A stretch of DNA of 64,000 nt from the human T2T-CHM13v2.0 reference genome, Homo sapiens. Below the pieces are notes generated by a model. It was not told the origin of the DNA. It saw only the letters and a list, made by a program, of their open reading frames with translations, and did no database searches. Of the stretch, positions 42,317-56,610 are shown in pieces (the stretch's first letter is position 1; every line of letters starts with the position of its first letter). Both the position numbers and the translations under genes were made by a program. Location of the stretch: the NCBI RefSeq assembly GCF_009914755.1, contig NC_060927.1. One strand, given 5' to 3'.

Positions 42317-44029
42317 ATCCCACTCTCTTTCCACTCATAGATGAAACAAGAAAGCAAACTTTTGCATGTAGGCATAAGAGGATAAATTTGAAAATCTCTT
42401 GATATGAAGTCAGCTGTTTGGGTATGACCACTGTCTATAGCCATTGTCTGAGAGTGCCTGGTGACCACACCTAGAGATTGTGACGTCAAGTCCTCCCTGA
42501 CAGAGGACACCGATCTCAGGTACAGTCTCCCTCACTGCAAGCCAAAGACAAAGGAATACTGAGAAATGAAGGGATAACTGTTATTTTAATCAGTTCTGCT
42601 TACATTGTTCTTATTTCTGAAAATGTTACATTCTGTTGCAGCAAAAATCTGGTGTTGGGACTAACAGTGCTCACCAGATAATAGATTAGGTACAAGGTAA
42701 ATTTGTGATCGAGAGGAGAGATTTTATCGGTGTTATTTTGGTAAACGTATATCTTTCCTTCTGGAAATGCCTATCATTATCTGAGAAAAGGCCAGTTGAG
42801 AGATGTAAATAGTTATGATCTGGGATGATCATTTTCTTGTTTGTGCTCAAATCTACTCCTGTTTCTACCCTGATACTTCTACCACACAAAAACACAAACA
42901 AACAAACAAAAAACCTGAGCATTACAAACTGCCAGGCAGGTTTCTGTCTAATGCCAATGATTGGTGACATAACATTGGTGTGTAGGAGAAATAGAAAAGT
43001 CAGAAATATTTCCCTGGCTCCGACATGGATGGAATTTCTCACAGTAGCTACATTTGCACCTTGGTCCCATCTCCTGCCACACACCTTTCCTCTCCAGTGT
43101 TACAGATCCCACTAAGGATGGTGTTTCAGTTTCTTTCTGTTTACTGTCTTTGTGACTAGTTGCTCATACTAAATCTCTCTGTTGAACCAACTGGACCTTG
43201 ACTGAGTTGAAATCAAAGGGAAAAGGTCACACTGGTTCACCATCAATTTGAACTTAAATCAGTCAGTCCTGAAAGATTTAAGTTCACTTGGGTGTTCTTG
43301 GTTTAAATAATAACCAGTATGTGGATGATGATTAAATTTTTCAAATAAATCTTATCTGTTCACTGTAGTATCCCAGAAGAGAGAGGTAGGACAGAGATAT
43401 CTGATGATGCAGACCACCAATAAGAAGCATATCTAACGTTTGATTTAAGGCATCTGTCCGCAAAGCCTATGATCTTTCTCTAATCCAACAGGAAGATGTG
43501 CCATCCCCTTGATAGCTGGAGGGTATGATAAAATGATGGTATTTTAATTACTTACGAGCAAAGGTGAGATTCACGTCAGGTTTCTGATTTCTGAGGGAGA
43601 TGAAATTCTTATTCGCTAATAGTATATATTCAAAAAGAGAGCATTGAATTATTAATTGTTAAGATGGATATAATGTCGGTCTTCTTATATGAATTGGAAA
43701 TCTTTGGCCCATTGAAATGAAATGATTAAAAAACCATATTCTAGAATTTGGTATACCTGCAGATGAACTACAGCTTCACAGGCCAGAATGCATGCAAAAA
43801 TATTTCACAATTTCAAGTTAATATTGAAGCAAATATTAAATTGTAAATAATATGTGTTTTTTATATTTCTGCAAACTTTTCAATGAAGACCATAGTATTT
43901 CCCTCAGGATGATTTGTTTCATTTAAGAAATTATACTTTGTTATATTCTTGCACAAATATTTCATTGTTTAACACAATTTATATTTTATCTATCCTAATG
44001 CTTTAGGATTAGGATAGATAAAATGCACT

Positions 44030-44223
44030 TAGCATTAGGAGATATACCTAATGCTAAATGACGAGTTAATGGGTGCAGCACACCAGCATGGCACATGTAT
44101 ACATATGTAACTAACCTGCACATAGTGCACATGTACCCTAAAACTTAAAGTACAATAATAATAAAATTATAAAAATAAAATAAAATAAAATAATAAAATA
44201 ATTTAAATTTGAAAAAATATATA
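44030..44223 (+). mobile_element. Very short L1PA3-like 3' end with polyA and complex 5' junction
   Basis: tagcattaggagatatacctaatgctaaatgacgagttaatggg...aaaacttaaagta then (TAAAA)n. 13-bp TSD tatattttatcta (43980-43992 / 44224-44236). Confidence 0.93.
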
Positions 44224-45399
44224 TATATTTTATCTAATATGTTTAGGGTTTCTGGGGCAATGCTAATCATTGAAATACTTAAATTATGTTTGCTATGTAT
44301 CCTCAAGTAATAAATATGCAAATAATTAAATATTATAAAACATGACTAAAAGCTTGATTTATTAATAGTGTTATTGAAATAAAATATTGTTACTTCCAAA
44401 CATGCAAAAATGAAAATAATAAACAGTAGATATAATAATTAATAGACATGGATTTGAAATCTTCAAACATTAAATTTCTAGAAAATTAAAATAAAGAATT
44501 AAAAATATTTTTTAAAATACAAATACTTTTAATAGCTTTATATTTTCATAGCAGACATTAGAAATTCAACCTTGTTTCCAGCAAATAAGGACTTATTCAA
44601 GCATAGAGGACTTTTTAATACCATAAGAATTCTCATTTTATGTTGCCTTTAATTTTAAAAATTATCAATAAAGTGCCTTTAATTTGAAGAATGTTTATGT
44701 GTTAAATAATATTTTTAAAGGTATTTTAGTATTAATATTTTATATAAATTATATTCCTTCATTAATGAGAAATGCAACTGACATTGGGCTATCACTTTTA
44801 GGAATGTTGGTTAAGTGTTTACAAAGTTTTTTATAATGATAATTTTATAATTTTTATTTACCTAAATTTCGGAGAATGTTAAAAATTACTATATGTAAGT
44901 ATTTTTACAGATAAGTGAATATGTCACTTGCTATACAACATATTCTCTATAATTGAGATTTGTATGGTTGAAAAAAATCTGTGCAATAACAAGAGGGGCA
45001 ATTCACAGCAAATATTTTCAGCACATCTTCTTACATGCTTCTAATCCATATGACTTTAAGGTAGAAGTGAAAAAATTTTCACTCCAGCCTTCCTATCCTA
45101 AAAATGAGATGACTCACTTCCAAAGAGGCTTTTATCTCAAAATAAAACAGATGCCTCATAGGAGAAGATAACACAACAAAACATTCTGACTTACACCCTA
45201 TTTTTGTTCTTTATATTTGCTGCTGGCTTTCTAATAGACTATAGATTTCTCATCTCCCTTTCAAATTCGTATGATCTTTGCAAGTATCTATAAGGCAGGT
45301 ATTATTACCATTTTACAGATTAGAAAACTGAAAGATTATGTTAACATAATCTTTATTTCTTGAGTAGCAAACTAAATTAAATGCTTTTTAATATAGGTA

Positions 45400-45614
45400 A
45401 TCATAGCCATTATGTGTCAGAGTGCTTTCCATAAACCACATTCTGTGTTAAGTCCTTTATATAATATTTATTTAATTCTCTCAATAGTATGAGTTAGATT
45501 TTAATGTCACCATTTTACAGATGAAGAGACTGGACTTTAGAGAGAGTAAGTTAAATGTCACCTCTTCTAAATGGTAGAGATAAGTTTTGAAACCAGGTCT
45601 ACCTGATTTCAAAG
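45400..45614 (-). mobile_element. MIR SINE (a second fragment lies at ~45270-45340)
   Basis: caccattttacagatgaagagactgg..agagagagtaagttaa..tttgaaaccaggtctacctgatttcaaag. Confidence 0.8.
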
Positions 45615-46619
45615 AGGAAGCACTTCCTGTAAAAAATAACTTGATACTAGAAAGGAATTTCATTAGGTCTATTTCTAAGCTTTTAAGTATGTGGTTACAT
45701 ATCCATTTTGCATATTTCAGAAAAGTCAAATACTATTAGCCCTGATAGTCACTTCTTTTTAAAAATTGTTTCTCTTGGACCTGAGAGCTTACATTTCTAC
45801 AGATAGAAATACTAAAGTTGAACAACCTTGTTCCAATTTAATAAATAATAATTTGTATTAGAGTAGTAGGAAATGTATTTTAAAAGTCATTGTATATGTC
45901 TGATTTGTTCAACCTAAAGTTCTATTCAAATAAAATGGTAATGTGGGACAGATCATTAATTATAACCCCAATTTATTTCATGGATATGGACTGTACATTC
46001 AAATTTCATTTATATCTTTAGTCAATGCGTGCACGTGATCAGGAATGTAAATGACTTAATACCATTCATCTATGTGACTGGGGAAAATTTTAAACTGAAA
46101 GACCTATTATAGATAAATTAACATTTTTATTTCTACTATGAAAAATTCCTGTTAGTTTTAATAAGAGGAATATATACCCTTCATAGCCCAAGTATGAAGT
46201 TATAAGTACATAACAACATATCAACAGAGTGACTGCAAAGGAAGTGTCATAAGTAGAGATTTACATCATTACCCACCCCATAAATAAAGAAATAAAAAAC
46301 ATGCAAAAATAGTTGAGATAAGAGTCCAATATGCATGGCAAATAAAAAATTGCAGAGAAATGCATGATTTATATAAAATGGGAAGGGAACTTTGAGGGCA
46401 GACATAGAACTCTTGAAGTTATGAGCACATTGCCTCAAAGCAAGAAATTAATATCTTGGGTGGTACCACTAATTTTTACCAGAATATGGTGATGAGAATT
46501 GATTATGCCTCAAGAAAGACAACACATACCTGATTACAATCCCAACACTGATAATTAACAACGTACTGGGGCTGAGAAAACAAATCAACTTGTGTGTCAA
46601 ACAGATATTGGAGCACAGT

Positions 46620-46870
46620 TGATTGAGCAGATAGAATTTTTGTGTCACTTTTTCTTGTATATTTAATCTTTCATGAAACTGCCGAAGTGCTCTTTAGGTA
46701 CATGTATCATTTTGTAACACATACCCTTAGCAACATATAAACATTTTAGTTTCTTTACAACTAAATAATAGTTGTTATCTTTTTTAATTTTAGCAAATTT
46801 ATTGTGTATTGATATTTCATTATTATTTGAATTTGTATTTCCTTGATGGCTAAAGATGTTCAATCTCACA
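46620..46870 (-). mobile_element. Old L1M ORF2 3' fragment
   Basis: ttttaattttagcaaatt..atttcattattatttgaatttgtatttccttgatggctaaagatgtt. Confidence 0.6.
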
Positions 46871-46879
46871 GGCATTGAA

Positions 46880-47880
46880 ACATAGGATTACAGATTCGAA
46901 TGTAGATATCTTTTGAGGACATTTTTTAGCCTACCAGTATCTGCTCTTTGGAACTCAAAGATTCATGTCCATCCCACATGCAAAATACGTTCATCTTATT
47001 CCAATATCTTTCAAAGTACTAACCCATTGTAGTACCAACTTAGGTTCACAATACCATTTAATTATTATAAACTCAAAAATTTCAAAGCTCTTTATCTAAA
47101 TAACCTAAGTTAGGTATAGATGAGTCTTTGGGAATAATTACTCAGTGGATTTTCTCTCCATCTGTGGACCTCTCAAACTAGAAAAGTAATCATGCTTTCC
47201 AAATACAATGGTGGGATAAGCATACAATAATAGTATAGCTATTTCCATTTTGAAAGGGATAAAATGTAGGAAAGAAACACTAGTCCCAAGCAATTTTGAA
47301 ATGTAGCAAAAAAAAAAGAAATGTTTTCAAGGCTTGGGAATAATTTCCAGTGGCTTTAGGTGGCATCATCTGGACCTATTGCTCTGCTGTTTTTGCCAAC
47401 AACTTGGGCATCTGCCTCTGAACTCACTCAGCTCCACTCTCTGATTCCTCAAGATATTCTTTTTTCTTAAAGCGTGGTATATGTTTTTAGATAAGTGGTT
47501 TTATCAATCTATTTCCCACCTGTGAAACTGCAAGAGTGATAGTCTTACTCATTTCATCCTGTCGCTGTCCCTTTCAGTTGAAGCTGGCAGTGTTTTGGCT
47601 GATACACCATTCTAAAAAACCCTGTAAATCTGCATGTGATATGGGGATTTACACCACTGGCAAGAGTGTCTTCCACAGGTATTTACTGAGGAATCCCATT
47701 TCTGACATTCCTTTGCTTATGGCCATATGATTCAATTCTTTGCCTCCGTCTTATTCCCTTCACCTTTCTGCGTGTATAATCCAGGGTAATTTCTCCATGT
47801 CGTGATACTTCCTTAATCACATCTTAAAGGTTTTTCTTTTAAGGTACCAGAGATTAATAGAACCTGATATATTTCAGTGT
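46880..47880 (-). mobile_element. MLT1 LTR fragments plus MaLR internal sequence
   Basis: gtagatatcttttgaggac..agcctacca (reverse LTR start) abuts attcatgtccatcccacatgcaaaatac and ccaaatacaatggtgggataagcata (MaLR-int). An LTR-like piece follows at 47730-47880. Confidence 0.7.
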
Positions 47881-48210
47881 TTTTTTTTCTTTCTGTTAGA
47901 CTGTTGTTAGACTTCAACACTGGTTGAAGTCAAGCAACTGGAAGTATAGGTCTCCTATTAAAGGAAATAAAGATTATTGCAGAAGCAGCAAGTTTGTTCT
48001 TAATGGTTTTAAAAAGTACATAGCTAGCATTATAACTAGCACATAGTAAGTTCCCCAAAATTGCAGCTCACTATTAATTGATGTTATATTATTTATTTAT
48101 TATTGGACATCTCTGAATATACTGTAAATCTCATTTAAAATATATTTAACTTCTCAGATTACTAGTTAAGGATACATTTAATTCAATTATTTTGTGAATA
48201 TTACTTTAAA

Positions 48211-50034
48211 TTTTTTTAACTTTTGTTTTAGATTCTGGGGTACTCGTGCAGATTTGTCATGTAGGTAAATTCTGTGTTGTGGGGGTTTGGAGTACAGATA
48301 TTTCATCACACAGGTACTAAGCATAGTACCTGAAAGTTACTTTCCTGAAGCTGTCCTTCCTTCCAACCCCTCCTTCTGGTAGGCCCCATGACTATTGTTC
48401 CCCTCTTTGTGGCCATTTGTTCTCATTATTAACTCCCACTTACAAGTGAGAACATATATTTGGTTTTCTGCTTCTGAATTAGTTTATTAACGATAATGGC
48501 CTCCAGCTCCATTCATGTTTCTGCAAAGCACATAATCTTGTTCTTTATTATGACTGCATAGTATTCCACTGTGTATATGTACCACATTTTCTTTATCTAG
48601 TCTATGATCGGTGGACATTTAGTTTGATTCCATGTCTTTGCTATTGTGAATAGTGCTGTGATAAACATACATGTTCATGTATCTTTATGGTAGAATGATT
48701 TATATTCCTTTAGGTATATATCTAATAATGAGATTCCTGGGTTAAATGGTAATTCTATTTTTGGTTCTTTCATAAATTGCCAAACTGGTTCCACAATGGC
48801 TAAACTAATGTACAGTCTCAACAGCAGTGTATAAGCATATCCTTTACTTCACAACCTAGCCAGCATCTCCTAATTTTTGACATTTTAGTAGTAGCTATTC
48901 TGACTTGTTTGAGATGGTACCTCATTGTGGTTTTGATTTGCATTTTACTAATAATAAGTGATGTTGAGCATTCTTTCATATGCCAGTGGGCCACATGCAT
49001 GTCTTCTTTCAAAAAGTGACTGTTCATGTACTTTGCCAACTTTTAATAGGGTTGGTTTTTGCTTGTTAATTTGTTTAAGTTTGTTATAGATTTTGTATAT
49101 TAGACCTTTGTTGGATGCATAGCTTGCAAATATTTTCTCCCATTCTGTAGGTTGTCTGTTTATTAATTTTTAAATTTTGGCTATTCAGAGGCTCTTTAGT
49201 TTAATTAGGTCCCAATTGTCAATTTTTGCTTTTGCTGCAATTACATTGGCATTTTCAACATAAATCTTTGCCTGGTCCTATGTCCAAAATGATATTTCCT
49301 AGGTTTTATTCCAGGACTTTTATGGTTTTAGGTTTCACATTTAAGTCTTTGATCCATCTTGAGTTGATTTTTGTATATAGTGTAAGGAAGGGGTCCAGTT
49401 TTGATCTTCTTCATAGAGCTAGCCAGTTATCCCAGCATCATTGATTATATAGGGGGTCCTTTCCCCATTGATTGTTTTGGTTGACTTTGTTGAGGATCAG
49501 ATGATTGCAGATATGTGGCATTGTTTCTCAGTTCTCTTTTCTGTTCTGTTGTTCTATGTGTCTGTTTTTGTGCCAATACCATGCTATTTTGGTTACTGCA
49601 GCCCTGTAGTATAGTTTTAAGTTTGGTAATGTGATGCCTCCAGCTTTGCTCTTTTTGCTTAGGATTGTCTTGGCTATTCTGACTCTTTTTTTGGTTTTAA
49701 GAGAATCTTAAAATAGTTTTTTTTCTAGTTCTGTGAAGAATGTCATTGGCAGTTTGATAGGAATAGTATTTAATTTATAAATTGCTTTGGGCAGTATGGC
49801 CATGATAATTCTCCCTATCAATGAACATGGAATGTTTTCCAATTGTTTGTGTCATCTCTGACTTCTTTGAGCACTGTTTCGTAATTTTCATTGTAGAGAG
49901 CTTTCACCTCCCTGGTTAACTGTAGTCCTAGGTATTTTATTCTTTTTTGGTTATTGTGAATAGGATTGTATTCTTGATTTGGCTGTCAGCTTGGATGTTG
50001 TTGGTGCATATGACTGCTTTCAATTTTTATATAC
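48211..50034 (-). mobile_element. L1PA15/16-like LINE-1, 5' truncated
   Basis: Reverse 3' UTR and ORF2 3' region (ORF 48818-49039 [11 protein letters not shown]). TSD-like tattacttta (48199-48208) / tattgcttta (50035-50044). Confidence 0.93.
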
Positions 50035-50689
50035 TATTGCTTTATAAGATTTCTCATATTTATTCCTTTAAAACCTCTAAACTTTGCTTTTTATTATAGC
50101 AATCATTGTGGCACTCCAGAATAATGATCTTTAAAACTTAGCTAGTAGAAGTTCAGATTTCCCTGAAATGTCAAAGACTCTTTGAAAGGCTGAGTGATAA
50201 TTATGGTTACATTTAATTGTCAAAAATATGAACAACTGCTGTTAAAAAAAGAAAGAACATATCCTTTGAGAATTTCTGCTAGTTTTAAATCATTGAAGCT
50301 TTTTTTGTAATTATCATTTTTATAGCATTGTGAAAGAAAGCTTAAGATTTAGGTCCAGAAATATCTAAAGTTAGTTTAAAGTTATTGATTTATTTTACTC
50401 TTCATTATAACTGTGAATAGGTACAATATGCTAATCATATAATTTTTAAATAGTCACTGTCACACACCAACAAAGTGCTAAAATGATTAAGAAGTTAAAT
50501 ATCTCTAATGAAATCATGTGTACTTATTTACCATTTATTTTGCTTTTGCTTATGGAAATAGTGGCTATAAATATTATATAGAACTCATTTTTTCAATGTC
50601 AAAATAAAGAGGTTATAATCAAACAACTTTAAAAATATATATCATACTTGATATATATATTTTCTATTATACTATTTTAAACATATATA

Positions 50690-51260
50690 TATCAGTAGGA
50701 ACTGTTTAGATGCTTTGGATACAGCAGCAAACCAGAAAGTAAACCCTGCCCTTGCAGAACTTACATCCTAGTGGAGCAGAAGCAATAACAAATAAACAGT
50801 TAAAAAAAAAAAAAGACTAGATTAGAGAGCAATAATTCTATGGAGAAAAGTAAAATAGAGAAGAGAGATTAGTGGTAATGAGAAGTGACATAGCAATTTT
50901 CAGTAATGTGGATTGATTAGACTCATTGGAAAGTCAGTATTCAAAAAAAGACCTGAAGGATTGAGAGACAGAGCCATCGGAATATCGGAGGGAAAACATT
51001 TGACCAGAGGAAACTTTGTTGTGTTTGAGAAACACTGATAATGCCAGTGTGTCTAGAGCAGAGTGAGAAAGGGGTTAGGGCAGTGGTTGAATATAAGGTT
51101 AGAAAATAATAGGGCCCACCCTATTGGGTCATGTGGGCCAGGGTAAGCATTTTGGATGTAATACCGACGGAGCAACGTTTCTTTGGAAAGTTTTGAGCAG
51201 AAGACTATGTTATCTAATTGCATTCAAAAAGGGTTATTTCTTTGTGAAGACTGAACTCAG
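50690..51260 (-). mobile_element. L2a fragment
   Basis: ggatacagcag..ccctgcccttgcagaacttacatcctagtgg, gccagtgtgtctagagcagagtgag, ttttgagcagaag. Confidence 0.8.
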
Positions 51261-51754
51261 TTTGGCGTAGGGTGTGTATTGATAGCCTGGAAGGTTAGTA
51301 AGTTACTGAGGAAAAATATTTAATCAATTTAATATGTTAAAGATACCTAAACTCCATAATGAATAAAACTTATTTCAAAGCTGATAACCCAATAAATATG
51401 GAATTATAATGTACTACAGTTTTATTAAATAATACTGACAAAACTTTGTATATAATTACTAAATAAGGCAACTGTAAAATTTGTTTTTTGCTCTTGAACC
51501 TGATTTTAGGAAAATTAACTGAACTTGAAAGAACAATAATTAGAAGCATCTAAATTTGGAGATGCTTGAGTTGTTATGTAGTAGGATTGTATATCTTCAT
51601 CGAGATTTATTTCTTCAAATAAGTCTTGGATGCCAGTCTGATACAGAAAAGCTTTTAATGATCATGGTTGCGTGATTCTTTAGGGTGTCTTTTAGGAAGA
51701 CACTCTTATTACAAGACTTTTACTGATTTTTCTTTCATATTTACTTTCCCGTAT

Positions 51755-52072
51755 CTGCTCTGTCCAATAAAGTAGCCACTGCTTACTTGTTTCTCTTGAA
51801 CACTTAAAATGTGGCTAGTCTGAATTACAATGTGCTCTAAGTGTAAAATACATGCTAAATCTCAAATATTTAGCCTAAAAAATAAGCTATTTATTGATAA
51901 TTGTTTTTATATTGCCTATGTGCTGAAATATAATAGATTACATGTGAAAATATTTTTTACATATTGGGTTAAACAAAAAATACTATTAAAATTACTTTGT
52001 ACAGCCTCATTTTATCTTTATTTAAATGTGGCTGCTAGAAAATAATAATAACATTTTTATTGGACAGTGATG
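51755..52072 (+). mobile_element. MER33 (hAT-Charlie MITE)
   Basis: TIR-like ctgtccaata / tattggacag. Internal cacttaaaatgtggctagtctgaatt..gtgctctaagtgtaaaatac and ttaaatgtggctgctagaaaa. Strand is nominal. Confidence 0.85.
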
Positions 52073-53055
52073 GTTTAGACACCAAATAATCTCTAAAGCT
52101 AGTTTAGTTTTCAAAAGTATAATCCTTATACAAGAATAATAAGTAGAATAAGACAGAGTCAAAATAGATTTAATGTATGGGATTTTGCATGTGATAGTGA
52201 TAGTAGAATACATAATTTGGGAAAAGATAGTTGAATTAATGATATGGGTGCAAGTGGATAGCTATGTGCAAAAAATCTGGTTCTCTTTCTATGAGAATCA
52301 GAGCTTTCTATAGTGTATCAACATTTAGAAAAATAAATTTAAGACAAAATATCCCACACAAAGAACCCGATAGCCTGAAGTGTTTTGGACCAAGAAAAAT
52401 CTCAGGGTAAGCTCTGGCCACAACAAATTGCTTCGATCTTTCTTTTTTTCACTATCTCTCTGTCACACTTATCTGTTTTCCTCTTTAACACTTTGTTTTT
52501 CTAAGTAGTTGCATCAAGTATTTCAAAAAGAAACTTTTTCACATACAACTGTATTTTTAAATAAATTCGACATTATAATGCCCGACTTCAAAGCTTCAAG
52601 TGACAGACTAATGCAGCTGATGACTTTAAGCTGAGGCCAATGTTCACTTATCATCCCTCAAACCCTGGGATTCTTAAAAAATATGCTAAATCTACTTTGT
52701 CTACGCTCTATAAATGTAAGAACAAAGCCTAGATGACAGAACATCTGTTTACAGCATGGTTTACTCAATATTTTAAGCCCACTGTTGATACATACTCTGC
52801 AGAAAAAGATTGCTTTCAAAATATTACTGCTCATTGAGAATGCACCTGGTCACTCAAGAGTTCTGATGCAAATATACAAGGAGATTTAGGCTTTTTTCAT
52901 GTCTGCTAACACAGCAGCTATTCTACAGCCCATGTATTAAGGAGTAACTTTTACTTTCAAATCTTATTATTTAAGAAATATATTTTATAAAGTTATAGCA
53001 GCCATAGATATTGATTCTTCTGATGCATCTGGGCAAAGTACATTTAAAACCTTCT

Positions 53056-53421
<366 letters not shown>

Positions 53422-53545
53422 TCAACACTAACAGGAGTTTGAAAGAAGATTCCAACTCTTATGGATGACCTTGAGGGGTGCAAAACTTCAGTGGACGAAG
53501 TTGCTGCAGATATGGTTGTTGCAATGTCATTATAAAACTTTAACA

Positions 53546-53855
53546 GGCCGGGTGCGGTGGATCACGTCTGTAATCCCGACACTTTGGGAGGCCGAGGTGG
53601 GTGGATAATTTGAGGTCAGGAGTTTGAGACCTGCCTGATCAACATGGTGAACCCTTGTCTCTACTAAAAATACAAAAAAAAAAATAGCTGGGTGTGGTGG
53701 TGTGCACCTGTAGTCCTAGCTAGTCAGGAGGCTGAGGCAGGAGAATCACTTGACCTCGGGAGGCAGAGGTTGCAGCGAGCCAAGACTGTGCCACTGCACT
53801 CTAGCCTGGGTGACAAAGAGAAGAGACTTGGTCTCAAAAGAAAAAAAAAAAAAAA
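53546..53855 (+). mobile_element. AluSx/Sz-like SINE inside Tigger1
   Basis: Full dimer plus polyA. TSD aaaactttaaca / aaaacttgaaca. Confidence 0.94.
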
Positions 53856-56467
53856 CTTGAACAGATGAGGGATTGGTTCATATAAATGAGCAAAAAAATT
53901 AGTGGTTTTTTGAGAAGGAATCTATACTGTGAAGATTCTGTGAAAATTGTGGAAATGAGAGCAATACAGCATTTAGAATACAAACATAAGCAACAAAGGA
54001 TTTAGCCTATTTCATAAGCTTAGTTGATAAAGCAACAACAGGGTTTGAGAGGATTGACTTTAATTTTGAGAAAAGTTCCACTGTGGGTAAATTGATATCA
54101 AACAGCATCAAATGCTACAGAGAAATCGTCTGTGGAAGGAAGAGTTAACTGATGCAGCAAACTTCATTGTTTTCGTATTTTAAGAAACTGCCACAGCTGC
54201 TCCAACTTTCAGCAATCACCACCCTGATCAGTCAGCAGCCATCAAGGCAAGATCCTCTACCAGCAAAAAAGGTTAATAAAGCAATTTTTCTTTTTAGCAA
54301 TAAATAATCTTTTCATTAAGATGTGTACTTCTTTTTAGACATAAGTGCTATTGCACACCTACTAGACTACAGTATAGGGTAAACATAACTTTTATATGCA
54401 CTTGGAAACCAAAACATTTGTGTGATTTGTTTACTGCAATATTTACTTTATTGAGATAATCTAGAACTAAACCCTCAAAATCCCTGAGGTATGACTGTAA
54501 TCGGAAAGCAAAACAAGAAACTTAAGAAGATATGAAAGTAGGTTATTGTTTGAGTCATCCTGAATAAATAATACAGCTGTGGTGGGAAGACATCATGTGC
54601 CAGACCTAACATTTCTTCTCCAAAAGAGGAGTAAACAGGTAAGCAATGATGGTGACAACATGGAATTCAGGCTGACCTCAGTGACAGTGAAGAAAAGTTC
54701 AATATGAGCATTCTGTAGGAAGCATCTGGGAGAACTGAGGAAAGGCAGGATGCTAACCTTTCACTTGAAACTAGAGTCATGTCATCTGGAAGGCTCCGGG
54801 AAAATTCATATTCCAGGAGGGAACCAGAATCCAGTTACGTAAAAAAAGATGGAGGGGGATTCTTAGTAAAGAGGTCAAGGTAGGCTTTTACAAAATTAAT
54901 TAATTTTTTTAAATGTTTATTACCATGAAAGGGATATTTTAGACAGCCTGGTAAAAGGTTTAGGGGAAATGGGATGGGTTGAGGGAGAAAGAAGTACAAA
55001 TAGGTTTGAGGATAAAATTTTATGAAAAGACAAATGACTGGAGAGGTTTACACTGCAGGCCATGAACAAAACATTATGGATGTAGTAATTGGCCAAATGA
55101 CTGACAAAAGAGTTACATATCAGAAATACTCTGATGGATAGGTTGCGGTGGTAGTCTCATCTGTGGAAGCTAAGGGCACAGAAGGTAAGGCCACTTAAGG
55201 TGCTGGCTGTTCTCTGTAATGGCATGTGGGAAGGGTGTTAAACCCTGGAGCCCTGGTAGTATTGATGCCAATAGTAGAGCTAGCAGAAAGCCTTGTAATC
55301 AGCTTGCTACCCACTCTGTAGACATTGAGGTGAACCAAGCAGAGCCCAGAGGGCACAGCTTCTCCTTTGGCAATAGAGAAATATGTTTGCCAATGAGCAT
55401 CATGAGCCTCTAGATTGGATCCAAGGAATGCCAGATCTGCTTCTACAAAGATGGCATCAAAGGCTCATACATTCTACTTGAAATGCTCATCTTCTTCATG
55501 AGGCGGTCTTATAAAAACCATGCCAAAGATACTTTTAAAGCGTAATTTGTTCTCAGCTGATTGCTCCCAGAACTGAAATAATTAATACTCAGTGAAAATT
55601 ATGTAAAAAAATAATTGAGAGAAGTTATCAACTAAGGAGGCATGCTTATGAATAAAAAACTCCTAAAAGCTAACATTATATAATTTTTGGTTTTCCTTAT
55701 AGTTTTGAAATTTATACATATACTTTACATGAAGTATTTAGGGCACAGATTTAGAAAAATAAGGGAGAAATATTTGCTTGTGTTGCAAGTACTTTTCTTA
55801 CAGAGGTTAAGACCTCACCATATATATATATACCTATAAATTCAATGTACATACTCCCATACCTCTAATGCTAACTCTAGCCTTGAAATAAATTGGTCCT
55901 CTTGTGGAGAAAAATCAAGCATAACACCATGAGCACGAATGTTTCTTTGAAGATACCAGGCATGAGGAAAGGGTGGAGGTTGTAACCTCAGGAAGTGCGG
56001 TTGACTATTTTACAGGGCTTTAGCAGGAGGCAGCCAGCTGAAGTTAGGTTAGTTGTACAGAGACAGTACTAAAAAGAGGGAGGCATTATTTTTTCAGATT
56101 AGCAGCCACTTTTGTACTATTTGGATTTTATCAAAAGGAGGGAGATGAAGAGTTGGGGCCTAGGTCACATGCTAGGAACATGTTATGCAATAGCTACAAG
56201 GGACAAGGACATGTGAGGGTCAGAGTGGACGTTTTTCAGTCTTCCATGTCTCTCATAATGTTCTATTCCTGTTTTATCAGTAAATAAAATTAAAAGTACA
56301 TAAATCAGCTTATATCCAAATGAAGATTATAAACCAAAGGTGAAATTTTGAGTTCGAAGCTTATTTGGAGTTCAAATTTCCTCATATTCCAGAAATAAAA
56401 TTTTGCCCTGTTGATTTAACTATAGGATTAGTTTGGAATCTATGTGTGGTACATTTTAAATCTAGGC

Positions 56468-56610
56468 CATCATTCATGCATTTACTTATTATTTTATTCA
56501 TTGGCAAACATCTATTAAAGAGTTACTATGTGCCAGGCTGTACAAGGCACTCAGTAAAAAACAGAACAGAAGAAAAAATAATTCCTGGTCTTAAAGGGCT
56601 TGTGTTCTTA
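56468..56610 (-). mobile_element. L2 3' end
   Basis: attcattggcaaacatctattaaagagttactatgtgccaggc. Confidence 0.7.

Noticed and set aside
54540-55480. GC-richer stretch with donors CAG|GTAAGC (~54638) and AAG|GTAAGG (~55184)
   Set aside because: No convincing upstream acceptors or ORF. It may be an unrecognised ancient repeat.
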